Origin: Pseudomonadota bacterium
Lineage (GTDB): Bacteria > Bdellovibrionota > FAC87 > UBA2466
Assembly: GCA_043718025.1 (NCBI GenBank)
Contig: JAYSWN010000205.1
Coordinates: 1-46,888, forward strand
Direction of reading: 5' to 3'
Length of the DNA stretch: 46,888 nt
Shown here: in pieces, positions 21,483 to 30,846 of the stretch
Layout of the letters: every line of letters starts with the position of its first letter
How positions within the stretch are numbered: the stretch's first letter is position 1
Position numbers and translations under genes: made by a program
Notes under the pieces: model-generated
The model's database searches: none
Seen by the model: only the letters and a program-made list of their open reading frames with translations
What the model was told of the DNA's origin: nothing

Positions 21483-22256
21483 CTACGCAGAGCGTCGGGA
21501 GATAAGGAAAGGAATGAGAGGGAAGCGGGGCCGTTCGAGCCAAAAAAAGAACAGACCGCGAAATGTTTTAAATCCCCGCCACAGCAGGCTTAGAATTCCG
21601 CGCTGGCGGGCGAGGTTTTGGCGAGGGTGATGAGGAACCGGAATCTCTAAAATGTCGCTCATCCGATTCAAGCCAACGTGCAGTGGTACGGCCAGATCGA
21701 TGGGGATGTGCGCTACCGGCACTGACGTCAACGCCGCGACGGCTTCATTGCGTTTCACAAGCCGAAACGGGGTGGTGATGTCCTTGAGTTTTACCCCAAA
21801 AAACCAGCCGATGAGAAGTCCCTGAAGTTTTGTTAAAGCCCGGTGGGTAAAGCGTTCGAGGCGGTGCGTGCGGGTACCCAGGACCAGTAGTCGGCCCAAA
21901 CGGAGATCCCACATTCTAAAAAAGTCACCCGGCTCGTAACGGCCTTCGCCGTCGACTACCAAAAGGTAGTTCCCCCGTGATTCTTCGATGCCGCGTTTTA
22001 CTGCCGCCGACGTTCCCAAATTCAATTGGTGGATGACGCGCAGGCTACTTAGTTTTTTACGCACATTGTCTAATACCCGGCCGGTGCCGTCGTTAGAGCC
22101 ATCGTTGATAGCCAGAATCTCGAAGTTGCCGATGCGGTGTTCAAGGCATTTGACCCAGTCCTTTAAGACCTGCTCAACCCCTTCGGCTTCGTTATAGCAA
22201 GGCAAGATAACGGTTAAGTCAGGAGGGATCGAAGGAGCAACTCGAGGAGGGTTCAT
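21483..22256 (-). CDS. Glycosyltransferase family 2 (polyprenol-phosphate glycosyltransferase-like)
   Basis: LTVILPCYNEA, INDGSNDGT, NLG..AAV..G, VVDGEG (DxD-like). Confidence 0.85.
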   Translation of the reverse strand: MNPPRVAPSIPPDLTVILPCYNEAEGVEQVLKDWVKCLEHRIGNFEILAINDGSNDGTGRVLDNVRKKLSSLRVIHQLNLGTSAAVKRGIEESRGNYLLVVDGEGRYEPGDFFRMWDLRLGRLLVLGTRTHRLERFTHRALTKLQGLLIGWFFGVKLKDITTPFRLVKRNEAVAALTSVPVAHIPIDLAVPLHVGLNRMSDILEIPVPHHPRQNLARQRGILSLLWRGFKTFRGLFFFWLERPRFPLIPFLISRRSA

Positions 22257-22387
22257 ATTTTCAGATGATTATATCGGAAAAAAACCGTGCCGTGGAAGAA
22301 TGCGGAAAAGAAGGGAAAAAGCGTTATGTTTTGTCAGGATTGCGTCGGGCAGTTGTCAAAGCAAAGCCGAAAATGGTAAAGAACAAC

Positions 22388-23863
22388 ATGGAAACGACAA
22401 ATTTCTCTCCTTTACCCGAAGCCCTTACTTTCGATGACGTTCTGCTGGTTCCTCGGTACTCCGAAGTGACCCCTCCGGAAGTTGAACTATCCACTCAATT
22501 TACTAAAGAGATCGGCCTCAAAGTTCCCATTGTTTCTGCCGCCATGGACAAAGTTACCGAAAGCCGGACGGCCATCACTATGGCCCGTGCGGGCGGCCTG
22601 GGAGTCATCCACCGCAATCTGCCGCCGGAGAAGCAGGCGCTTGAAGTGGAAAAAGTAAAAAAGTTTGAGACCGGAATCATTTTAGAGCCGATTACGATGG
22701 GGCCTGATCAGAGCGTAAGCGAAGCTTTGGCGGTAATGAAACAAAACAGCATTTCGGGGGTTCCCGTCACCCAAGAGGGAAAGCTCATCGGCATTCTGAC
22801 TAACCGTGATCTGCGGTTCGAAGAAAATTTGAAAAAACCGATTTCAGAAGTGATGACGCCCGCAGATAAACTGGTGTTCGCTAAAGAGAACATCGGACGC
22901 GAAGAGGCCATGCGCCTGATGCATAAGCACCGCATCGAGAAGCTGCCGGTGATCGACGCCGCCAAACGCCTAAAGGGGCTAATCACGATTAAGGACATTC
23001 AGAAAACGATTTCGAATCCTCTCTCTAATCGCGACTCCAAGGGTCGATTAAGAGTGGGAGCCGCCGTTGGCACGGGTCGCGACAGCCAATTGAGAATTGA
23101 AGCACTGGAAGCGGCGCAAGTGGATTTTGTGGTCATCGACACGGCCCATGGAGATTCCAAAAATGTTATCGAAATGGTGAAGTGGACGAAGCTTAAGTTT
23201 CCGCACTTAACCGTCGTCGCCGGAAACATTGCCACCGCCGAAGGGGCCATCCACCTTTTTGAGGCTGGGGTTGACGCCGTTAAAGTGGGAATGGGTTGTG
23301 GTTCGATCTGCACCACCCGGATTGTGGCTGGCGTGGGGCTTCCTCAGTTTACGGCGATACGTAATGTCGCCCCCATCGCAAAAAAATATGGACGTACCCT
23401 CATCGCCGACGGCGGAGTGAAATACTCTGGCGACGCGGTGAAAGCATTGGCCGCGGGAGCCGACAGCGTGATGGTGGGAAGCCTCTTTGCCGGCACCGAT
23501 GAAGCGCCCGGAGAAATGGTCTTTTACCAGGGCCGCACGTATAAGTCGTACCGGGGAATGGGGTCGATTGAAGCCATGCGCGAAGGCAGCCGCGATCGTT
23601 ACGGCCAGCAAGGCGTGGATCCGGATGGACTGGTTCCCGAAGGCATTGAAGGCATGGTCCCCTACAGCGGTGAACTATCTCGAGTTTTGTATCAGCTGGT
23701 GGGCGGGATTCGATCGGGTTTAGGATACCTAGGCTGCCGTACTTTGAAAGAGCTTCGCGATCGGGCCGAATTTGTAAAAATTTCGCCCCAGGGGCTTAAA
23801 GAGTCTCACGTTCACGACGTGTTTGTGACCAAAGAAGCTCCTAACTATCGTCCCAATATGTAA
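22388..23863 (+). CDS. guaB: IMP dehydrogenase
   Basis: [19 protein letters not shown] pair, [38 protein letters not shown]; start placed at ATG 22388. Confidence 0.98.
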   Translation: METTNFSPLPEALTFDDVLLVPRYSEVTPPEVELSTQFTKEIGLKVPIVSAAMDKVTESRTAITMARAGGLGVIHRNLPPEKQALEVEKVKKFETGIILEPITMGPDQSVSEALAVMKQNSISGVPVTQEGKLIGILTNRDLRFEENLKKPISEVMTPADKLVFAKENIGREEAMRLMHKHRIEKLPVIDAAKRLKGLITIKDIQKTISNPLSNRDSKGRLRVGAAVGTGRDSQLRIEALEAAQVDFVVIDTAHGDSKNVIEMVKWTKLKFPHLTVVAGNIATAEGAIHLFEAGVDAVKVGMGCGSICTTRIVAGVGLPQFTAIRNVAPIAKKYGRTLIADGGVKYSGDAVKALAAGADSVMVGSLFAGTDEAPGEMVFYQGRTYKSYRGMGSIEAMREGSRDRYGQQGVDPDGLVPEGIEGMVPYSGELSRVLYQLVGGIRSGLGYLGCRTLKELRDRAEFVKISPQGLKESHVHDVFVTKEAPNYRPNM

Positions 23864-23871
23864 GGAAGTTT

Positions 23872-25404
23872 GTGGATTGCCCAGTAGTCATCTTAGATTT
23901 TGGTTCTCAGTTCACTCAGCTCATTGCTCGTTCGGTTCGTGAGTTAGGGGTTTATTGCGAAGTGGAACCGTACTCAATTCCGCTGGCTAAGCTGCTGGCT
24001 AAAAACCCCAAAGCGTTAATCCTTTCGGGCGGGCCGTCCAGCGTCTCCGCAAAAAAAGCGCCGAAACTCATGAAAGAGGTTCTCGAAGGAGAGCTTCCGG
24101 TTCTGGGCATTTGCTATGGCATGCAGCTATTGTCGCATATGGACCAGGGCAGGTTGAATAGCGGCAAAACTCGGGAGTACGGCGCCGCCGACCTAACCGT
24201 GCTGAAAAATACCGGACTGTTTAAAGGCTTCGCAATCGGCCAAAAGCTTCCGGTGTGGATGAGTCACGGCGACAGCGTCGAACAAATCCCTGAGCTCGGT
24301 ACGGTGTCAGCCAAGAGCGAATCGTGTCCAGTGGCCGGCTTTGAAAAAGGAAATTTTTACGCAGTTCAGTTTCATCCGGAAGTGGCGCATACGCGCGACG
24401 GAAATAAAATCCTCGGCAATTTCCTGTTTGAGATTGCCGGCCTTTCCGGCGGCTGGAAGATGGGAAACTTTTTCGACATCAAGTCCAAAGAGATATTGCT
24501 ACAGGTAGGAAGTCACGAGGTGATCGGCGCCGTGAGTGGCGGAGTGGATTCCACCGTATTAGCCGTCTTTTTGGGGAAGGTATTGGGCAAGCGCTTTCAC
24601 CCCATTCTCGTCGACAATGGGCTTTTGCGAAAAGGGGAGGCGAAGTCGGTACACGCGGCGATGAAAAAACTGGGCGTGAATCTCAAAGTAGTGGATGCCT
24701 CAAAGCTCTTTCTGAAAAATCTCAAAGGCATTTCAGATCCAGAGAAGAAACGAAAAATAATCGGTAAGACTTTTATTGATGTGTTCGATAAAGAGGTGAA
24801 GCGACACAAGCAGGCCAAGTTTTTGGCCCAGGGCACGCTTTACCCCGACGTCATCGAGAGTGTTTCGGTGAAAGGGCCAAGTCACACCATTAAGACGCAC
24901 CACAATGTCGGTGGGCTGCCTAAGAAAATGAAGCTCGGCCTGATCGAGCCTTTTCGTGAGCTATTTAAAGATGAAGTGCGGGATTTAGGCCGCGAACTGG
25001 GAATTCCCGCTGAACTAGTTGATCGTCATCCCTTTCCGGGGCCAGGCCTCGCGGTTCGTGTGTTGGGCGATATCAAGCCCGAGCAGCTGGAGCTGTTGCG
25101 AGAAGCCGATGCTATTTTCTTAGAAGAGCTTCATAAGCAAGGGCTCTACGGTAAGATTTGGCAGGCATTTTCGGTTTTATTGCCTATTCAGTCCGTAGGC
25201 GTGATGGGCGATTCACGCACCTATGAAGCGGTGCTTGCTTTGCGGGCCGTGACGAGTCGCGACGGTATGACTGCCGATTGGTTTCACTTTGAAAAAGCGG
25301 CGATTGGAAAAATTAGTAATCGCATCATCAACGAAGTGCCCGGCATCAATCGTGTGGTTTACGATGTCTCTTCAAAACCTCCGGCCACCATTGAGTGGGA
25401 GTGA
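23872..25404 (+). CDS. guaA: GMP synthase (glutamine-hydrolysing)
   Basis: LDFGSQFTQLI, GICYGMQ, QFHPEV, SGGVDS, IKTHHNVGG, RHPFPGPGL, KPPATIEWE. Confidence 0.99.
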   Translation: MDCPVVILDFGSQFTQLIARSVRELGVYCEVEPYSIPLAKLLAKNPKALILSGGPSSVSAKKAPKLMKEVLEGELPVLGICYGMQLLSHMDQGRLNSGKTREYGAADLTVLKNTGLFKGFAIGQKLPVWMSHGDSVEQIPELGTVSAKSESCPVAGFEKGNFYAVQFHPEVAHTRDGNKILGNFLFEIAGLSGGWKMGNFFDIKSKEILLQVGSHEVIGAVSGGVDSTVLAVFLGKVLGKRFHPILVDNGLLRKGEAKSVHAAMKKLGVNLKVVDASKLFLKNLKGISDPEKKRKIIGKTFIDVFDKEVKRHKQAKFLAQGTLYPDVIESVSVKGPSHTIKTHHNVGGLPKKMKLGLIEPFRELFKDEVRDLGRELGIPAELVDRHPFPGPGLAVRVLGDIKPEQLELLREADAIFLEELHKQGLYGKIWQAFSVLLPIQSVGVMGDSRTYEAVLALRAVTSRDGMTADWFHFEKAAIGKISNRIINEVPGINRVVYDVSSKPPATIEWE

Positions 25405-25410
25405 TCCATC

Positions 25411-26586
25411 GTGATTTTTGATCTGTTCCATTCAATTAGCGATCCGTTGATTGGCGGAAAGCGAATCGGCTATTCGCAAAGCGTGCACGCTTTTTTGGAA
25501 CAGGTTCAATTGGCCGAGGCGCTTGGCATGGACACGGTGTGGTGCGCCGAAAGCCACTTTTCATCAGAAACCCAAAAAACAACCTCGGTCGCCACTATTC
25601 CTGAGTTTTTTGGTGAGGTGGGCATCAACTGTGATTCCTTCCAGCTTTTTCACGCCATTGAACAGCGTACTAAACGAATCAATTTGGGCACCGCAATTCA
25701 TAATATCGTCGGGGGAAGCGGCGGGCCAATCGCCAGCGCTGACCGGGTGAACTTTTTGCGTTTTTGTAACGCCTACTTGTGGGCTCATCCGCGGGAGCTT
25801 CGTATTGGCGTGGCGGCCGGGCGTTTTCCGTATCAGAACACCGCTTTCGGTATTGTTCCGCGTGATGGCACCGAAGAGCTGCTTTGGCCGGCGTTAAAGC
25901 GTTATGTGTTCTTAGAGGCGCTCGAGATCTTTTTACGACTCGTCAATGGTGAAACGTTGAACTCAAAGCAAATCACTCGTTTTTTTATTTCGGACGAGGA
26001 GGCGCGCAAAGTCTTGAAGACCAACCATCCGGTGGCGGCCGCTTTTCCTCACTACACCAAGCCACGTTGGGAATTTGAAAGTCTGACGCTTGTGCCGACG
26101 GTAGAAAAGACCACCCAATTTCACGTGGTACTTGGATCGGCGGATCCAGAGGCTTTGCAACTAGCGCGAAAGTTTTTTGACGTTGATCTTTTCAACCTCT
26201 CTTTTACTTCTCCTGAACAGATCGAAATTCTACATGCCCAGCTAGCGGCAGCATCGTCGGCGTGGCGGCGGTCTCGATTGCCACGAACGGTAATGGTGTT
26301 TATCGATCCCGATCGGAAGAAGGCCCGTGAGTTGGCCAATTTTGTTTTGGATGCCTACATTGAAGCGATGAAAGGGACCGCTCAGGTGCCTGACAAGACG
26401 GTTCTATTGGATCGGGCTTTGGTTGGCGATGCGGCAGAAATTCGCGACCAGTTGAGTTCCGAGAATCCGCGCGGTTTCAAGCCTGAGGATCGGTTGATGT
26501 TGTGGTTTGAATTTAATCAGATGGATGCCAATGAAATTCAATCCCAAATGAAATATTTTTGGAAAGAAGTTGCGGAGAAAATGTAA
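25411..26586 (+). CDS. Luciferase-like (LLM class) flavin-dependent oxidoreductase
   Basis: N-terminal FDLF strand, LAEALGMDTVWCAESHF, TKRINLGTA, LRIGVAAG, EALEIF, LVGDAAEIRDQL; 6 nt after guaA. Confidence 0.8.
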   Translation: MIFDLFHSISDPLIGGKRIGYSQSVHAFLEQVQLAEALGMDTVWCAESHFSSETQKTTSVATIPEFFGEVGINCDSFQLFHAIEQRTKRINLGTAIHNIVGGSGGPIASADRVNFLRFCNAYLWAHPRELRIGVAAGRFPYQNTAFGIVPRDGTEELLWPALKRYVFLEALEIFLRLVNGETLNSKQITRFFISDEEARKVLKTNHPVAAAFPHYTKPRWEFESLTLVPTVEKTTQFHVVLGSADPEALQLARKFFDVDLFNLSFTSPEQIEILHAQLAAASSAWRRSRLPRTVMVFIDPDRKKARELANFVLDAYIEAMKGTAQVPDKTVLLDRALVGDAAEIRDQLSSENPRGFKPEDRLMLWFEFNQMDANEIQSQMKYFWKEVAEKM

Positions 26587-28163
26587 TGATCGGCACTTCC
26601 CCCCTTTTTAGTCTTTACCGAAATGGCATTCCTGAGATTACGGTTCACGGAGAAATCGTTGTCACCCATAAACAAAAAGTAGTTTTTCAAACTGGCGATT
26701 GCTTGGGCGAATATCCAGCGCGTTCTTTGTTAAAGCCATTTCAATTCTTGGCCACGGGAATGGCAGATGGGGCTCTTCAACCATGGCAGGTGACCGCCCT
26801 GGGTTCGTACTCGGCCACCAAGGAACAGTACGAAACACTGCACACTTGGTTTCAAATGGATCGACACCGGTGGTTTGAAAAAAACCAGGTGCCCGAAATG
26901 TTTCCGATGGATGAAAAGCATCGCGTTGCCTTGAAGGCGGCGGGGCAGGGGCCAAGTAAATGGTTTCACACCTGTCTATGTAAACATGGAGCCATTCTTG
27001 AGGCGTGTGAAAAGAATGGTTGGCCGCTCGATAGCTATCGCTCCGAAGATCATCCTTACCATGCAGCGCTCTTAGGTTACCTGGCTAAGGTTTTAGGAAA
27101 CCGTACGCGCCGATGCGTAGTCGACGGCTGCGGCTTGCCGTCACCAGTATTTCTGTCATCAGAGCTGGCCGTGCTTTTTGAAAGTCTTTTGGCCAGTGCA
27201 CCGGGCACCCCGGAACACCGGGTGGCAACAGCGATGCACTCGCATCCAGACTGGATTGGTGGGCCTAGACGCGTCGACACTCGGTTGATGCAAAGCAATC
27301 CTGGCGTTTTGATCGCTAAAGAGGGGGCGGATGGTCTCACGGGACTTGCCGCCATCGCAGCCCAAAAAGTGGTCGGTACCGTTGGCATAAGCGTAAAAAT
27401 TTCGGCGGGCTACCTACCCGAACTCGCGGCTTTAGCCCTTGCACCCATTTTGACCGCGCTGGGATTAAATTCTTCGAGTGAGATTCCGAAAGGACAGACG
27501 GTTCGCTACCATTTTGAGCCTTTTTCGAAACCTGGACCGAAAATTTACGACTTGAGTCCTTCGCTGAACGAGAAGATCGCGGTATGGCCGGGCGACGTGC
27601 CATTTTTGCGCGACGTGAGTTTAGACACAAATCTGGGAAGCCATCTTACGTTGTCCAGCGTGCGCACCACGCTTCACGTGGGCACCCATACCGATGGGCC
27701 CAATCACTTTTTGGGTAAACGCCGGGGAATCGATCTCGCCCCTTTAGAACTCTATTTGGGGGAGTGCCAGGTTATTTCCGTAATCGTGGAAGCGGGGGGG
27801 ACCATTTTACCCGAGCACTTCACATTGGTGGCGATGCGAGCAAAACGCATTTTGTTTCGCACGCGGAGTTTTCCCAATCCGCAAATGTTTAACACCGACT
27901 TTGTGGCAATCAGTGTCGAAACGATTGATTGGCTCGGGGAACAGGGAGTCTGCCTAGTTGGCATTGATACGCCTTCGGTTGATTCTTTTGCCTCGAAGAC
28001 TCTGGATGCCCATAAGGCTACTGAGAAGTGGGGAATGGGAATTTTGGAAGGATTGGTTTTGGACCAAGTTAGCGACGGTTTTTACGAAATTTCTGCCGTC
28101 CCCCTAAAGCTTGAAGACGCCGACGCAAGCCCGGTTCGCGTAGCGTTGCGAGAGATTCGCTAA
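26586..28163 (+). CDS. Fusion: class 3 (L-asparaginase II-like) amidohydrolase domain + kynurenine formamidase KynB (cyclase family)
   Basis: N-part: RSLLKPFQ, HTCLCKH, HPY, DGCGLP, AKEGADG, VKI. C-part from about 27540: IYDLS..VWPGD, HVGTHTDGPNH, GIDTPSVD, ILEGL, DASPVR. One open frame; ATG overlaps the LLM stop (TAATG). Confidence 0.85.
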   Translation: MIGTSPLFSLYRNGIPEITVHGEIVVTHKQKVVFQTGDCLGEYPARSLLKPFQFLATGMADGALQPWQVTALGSYSATKEQYETLHTWFQMDRHRWFEKNQVPEMFPMDEKHRVALKAAGQGPSKWFHTCLCKHGAILEACEKNGWPLDSYRSEDHPYHAALLGYLAKVLGNRTRRCVVDGCGLPSPVFLSSELAVLFESLLASAPGTPEHRVATAMHSHPDWIGGPRRVDTRLMQSNPGVLIAKEGADGLTGLAAIAAQKVVGTVGISVKISAGYLPELAALALAPILTALGLNSSSEIPKGQTVRYHFEPFSKPGPKIYDLSPSLNEKIAVWPGDVPFLRDVSLDTNLGSHLTLSSVRTTLHVGTHTDGPNHFLGKRRGIDLAPLELYLGECQVISVIVEAGGTILPEHFTLVAMRAKRILFRTRSFPNPQMFNTDFVAISVETIDWLGEQGVCLVGIDTPSVDSFASKTLDAHKATEKWGMGILEGLVLDQVSDGFYEISAVPLKLEDADASPVRVALREIR

Positions 28164-28250
28164 CAGTCGTTAAAGGCAAGAAAACTCACCTCCCTTAAAT
28201 TTATTGGCTTGGGTAGTCTCAGATAAATGCTTGAACACAAGGAGACAACC

Positions 28251-28463
28251 ATGATTTGGCAACGCGTAGTATCCCACGCTCTATCTCACGTCGGCTACGA
28301 TGTGACGACGAGAACGCTCGAAATTCGGTTTAACACCGGACGAATGGTGCGATACCTAGGAGTGCCCCGTACGGTGTACGCGGCTTTAATTGGATCTGAC
28401 TTAGTGGCGCCATTCTATTTTGATTTAATTCACGATCGCTATCAGGTAGCGGTTGTTTCGTAA
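28251..28463 (+). CDS. KTSC domain protein
   Basis: VVSHALSHVGYD....LEIRFNTG..VRYLGVP..VY..L.....FY...I..RY; AAGGAG RBS before ATG 28251. Confidence 0.85.
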   Translation: MIWQRVVSHALSHVGYDVTTRTLEIRFNTGRMVRYLGVPRTVYAALIGSDLVAPFYFDLIHDRYQVAVVS

Positions 28464-28477
28464 TCGCCGCCGTCTGA

Positions 28478-29284
28478 CTATTTGGAGGGCACGCCGTATT
28501 CGATACCCGCACCCAAATTGGTCCGCAATTCCCACAGTTCATTGAAGAAGCGTTTTTTTAGAGTCGAAGTGAGATAGCTCACCCCAAGCGATCCGCCGGT
28601 GCCCGGCTTTTTTCCGATCATCCGCTCCACCATTTGTACGTGGCGGAAACGCCACAGCCAAAACTGCTCGTCGTAACGAATCAACCGTTCACAAAAATCT
28701 TGAAGCTGGAAAAAGTTTGGTTTTTCTGAATAAATCTCTACTAAGGCTTTGGCGATGGTGGCTGATTCGCGATCGGGCAAAATCCCTTTTCGCTCAAGAA
28801 GCCGAAAAAAACCTTCTCGCAAAGTCATTGCGCCTGATTTTTCTTCTAAAAGATATTTCCATTCGGGAGAAAGGGCGAAGAGTGCTTGGTACTCCTTGGG
28901 GTCCATGCCGCTCATGAGTTCAAGCTGGCGAAACTGAAAACTCTGGAAGCCGCTTGCTGGATTCAATCGTGATCGAAACTGATTAAATGAAACGGGCGTC
29001 ATCGTTTCCAAAATTTCAATCTGATGAATGACCAATTTGAAAATTTCACAAACCCTATCCATCAGCCTTATGGCCGTAACTAGATTATCCTTTTCCATTG
29101 CAGAAAGTAGATAGCCCATGTCGTGTAGGATTTGCTTGAACCACAGCTCATAAGCTTGGTGAACCACGATAAAAAGCATTTCGTCTTGCGCGGGTGGGTC
29201 GCTTTGGAGTTCTTGTAGCGAAATAAGTTCGCGAACTTTTAAATAGGATGTGTACGTAATCTGCTTAGAATTGTCGTCAGTCAT
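28478..29284 (-). CDS. kynA: Tryptophan 2,3-dioxygenase
   Basis: TYTSYL, DEMLFIVVHQAYELWFK, LETMTP..F..FR, ASGFQS.QFR, WRFRH..MVERMIG.KPGTGGS.G..YL. Confidence 0.95.
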   Translation of the reverse strand: MTDDNSKQITYTSYLKVRELISLQELQSDPPAQDEMLFIVVHQAYELWFKQILHDMGYLLSAMEKDNLVTAIRLMDRVCEIFKLVIHQIEILETMTPVSFNQFRSRLNPASGFQSFQFRQLELMSGMDPKEYQALFALSPEWKYLLEEKSGAMTLREGFFRLLERKGILPDRESATIAKALVEIYSEKPNFFQLQDFCERLIRYDEQFWLWRFRHVQMVERMIGKKPGTGGSLGVSYLTSTLKKRFFNELWELRTNLGAGIEYGVPSK

Positions 29285-29289
29285 TGACC

Positions 29290-30705
29290 TTATTGCGTAG
29301 AGATTTCACTCTCGCTTCCCCCATATTCTCGAGGATTGATACTGTATTTTTTGATCTTCCTAAGCAACGTATTTTTGGGGATGTTGGCCAGCTCGGCCGT
29401 AAGGTTGATGCGGCCTTTGTTACTGCGCAGCGCGTGAACAATGAATTCGCGTTCAAACGTCTCTTTTCCCTTTTCCCAATCCATACCCAAAAATGAGATT
29501 GGGGCCCCTTGAGTGGTGCGCGGGTGAACGAGTTTGCGGGAGTTTTGCCGGATATATTCTGGGAGACTGAAGAAGCTGATCTTATCGCTGTTTTCCACCA
29601 CGAACGCATGCTCGATGGCATTTTCTAGCTCACGGATGTTGCCTGGCCAATGAAAACCCTCAAGGGTGGACAACGCTTCAGCGGCAATGCCTTGAACGCG
29701 TGCGTTGTGCTCTTTGTTATATTTTTCGATAAAATGGTGAACTAGGGACGGAATGTCGCCCTTGCGTTCGCGCAGAGGCGGTAAGAATAGTGGCATCACG
29801 CTTAAACGGTAAAAAAGGTCTTCGCGGAAGCGGCCTTCTTTAATGCCTTTTTCCAAATCTTGGTTGGTCGCGGCGACAATGCGGACGTCGGCTTTCACCT
29901 CCCGGTTACTGCCCACCGGAGTAAACGTGTGTTCTTGCAGTACGCGTAGCAACTTCACCTGAGTGGCGGAGCTGGTATCGCCGATTTCATCTAAGAATAA
30001 GGTTCCGCCTGCGGCGTATTGAAATTTTCCAATCTTTCGCTGGTCGGCGCCGGTAAAGGCCCCTTTTTCGTGACCGAAGAGTTCGCTTTCAATTAGAGTT
30101 TCGGGAATGGCCGCGCAGTTTACCGCTACGAAAGGGCCATTTTTACGCGGGCTATTGAAATGGATAGCTCGCGCCACTAGCTCTTTGCCGGTTCCATTTT
30201 CGCCGCGAATTAGCACCGACGTGTTCACCCGGGTGAGCCGCTCTACCAACGAGAATACCCGCTTCATGCTTTGGCTCTGCCCAATGCACTCGCGCCCTTC
30301 GCCGGGCATCAATGGTGCCGAATACAAAATGCGGTGAATCATTTCGAAAGCGCGCTCCGCTTTTTCTACTAGCGCCAGTAATTGGGTTTCTGAAATTGGT
30401 TTTTCTACGTAGTCGAAGGCGCCCTCGCGAATGGCTTCAATGGCGTCACGGATATTACCGTGGGCGGTAATAAGGGCCACCGCGGTGGAAAATTGCTGTT
30501 CGCGCACGTGGCGAAGAAATTCTATGCCGTCCATCTCCGGCATTTTTACGTCGCACAGAACTAGGGGGTAGTTGTGGGCACTGAGCTTTTCGAGCGCTTC
30601 GACACCGTTGCCGGCTTCATCCACATCGTAACCCCGGGCTCTCAACATGCCCGCAATTTGGGTTCGAAGGTCGCTCTCGTCATCCACCACTAGGATCTTA
30701 TACAT
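29290..30705 (-). CDS. Sigma54-dependent NtrC-family response regulator
   Basis: Receiver (VVDDE, DVKMP), AAA+ (GENGTGKE, GAFTGA, FLDEIGD, FREDLFYRL, WPGNIREL), C-terminal Fis-type HTH. Confidence 0.96.
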   Translation of the reverse strand: MYKILVVDDESDLRTQIAGMLRARGYDVDEAGNGVEALEKLSAHNYPLVLCDVKMPEMDGIEFLRHVREQQFSTAVALITAHGNIRDAIEAIREGAFDYVEKPISETQLLALVEKAERAFEMIHRILYSAPLMPGEGRECIGQSQSMKRVFSLVERLTRVNTSVLIRGENGTGKELVARAIHFNSPRKNGPFVAVNCAAIPETLIESELFGHEKGAFTGADQRKIGKFQYAAGGTLFLDEIGDTSSATQVKLLRVLQEHTFTPVGSNREVKADVRIVAATNQDLEKGIKEGRFREDLFYRLSVMPLFLPPLRERKGDIPSLVHHFIEKYNKEHNARVQGIAAEALSTLEGFHWPGNIRELENAIEHAFVVENSDKISFFSLPEYIRQNSRKLVHPRTTQGAPISFLGMDWEKGKETFEREFIVHALRSNKGRINLTAELANIPKNTLLRKIKKYSINPREYGGSESEISTQ

Positions 30706-30711
30706 ACGTAC

Positions 30712-30747
30712 CCCATCTGATTTAGTGCCATATTGGTACCAGATGGG
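30712..30747 (-). promoter_or_regulatory. Candidate regulatory element upstream of the NtrC-family gene
   Basis: TAGTGCCATAT-TGGTACCAGAT (two 11-bp units) enclosed by the inverted repeat CCCATCTG...CAGATGGG; the minus strand also reads TGGTACCAATATGGC (GG-N10-GC). Confidence 0.4.
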
Positions 30748-30846
30748 ATTTTTTGGATCAAGAGCAAAGCGTCATAGCTCGTTGGAAAGTGCCAATGGGT
30801 CCGGTAGGTTAGTGACATTTAACGGCATTCACTGAATGTGCCGCGT

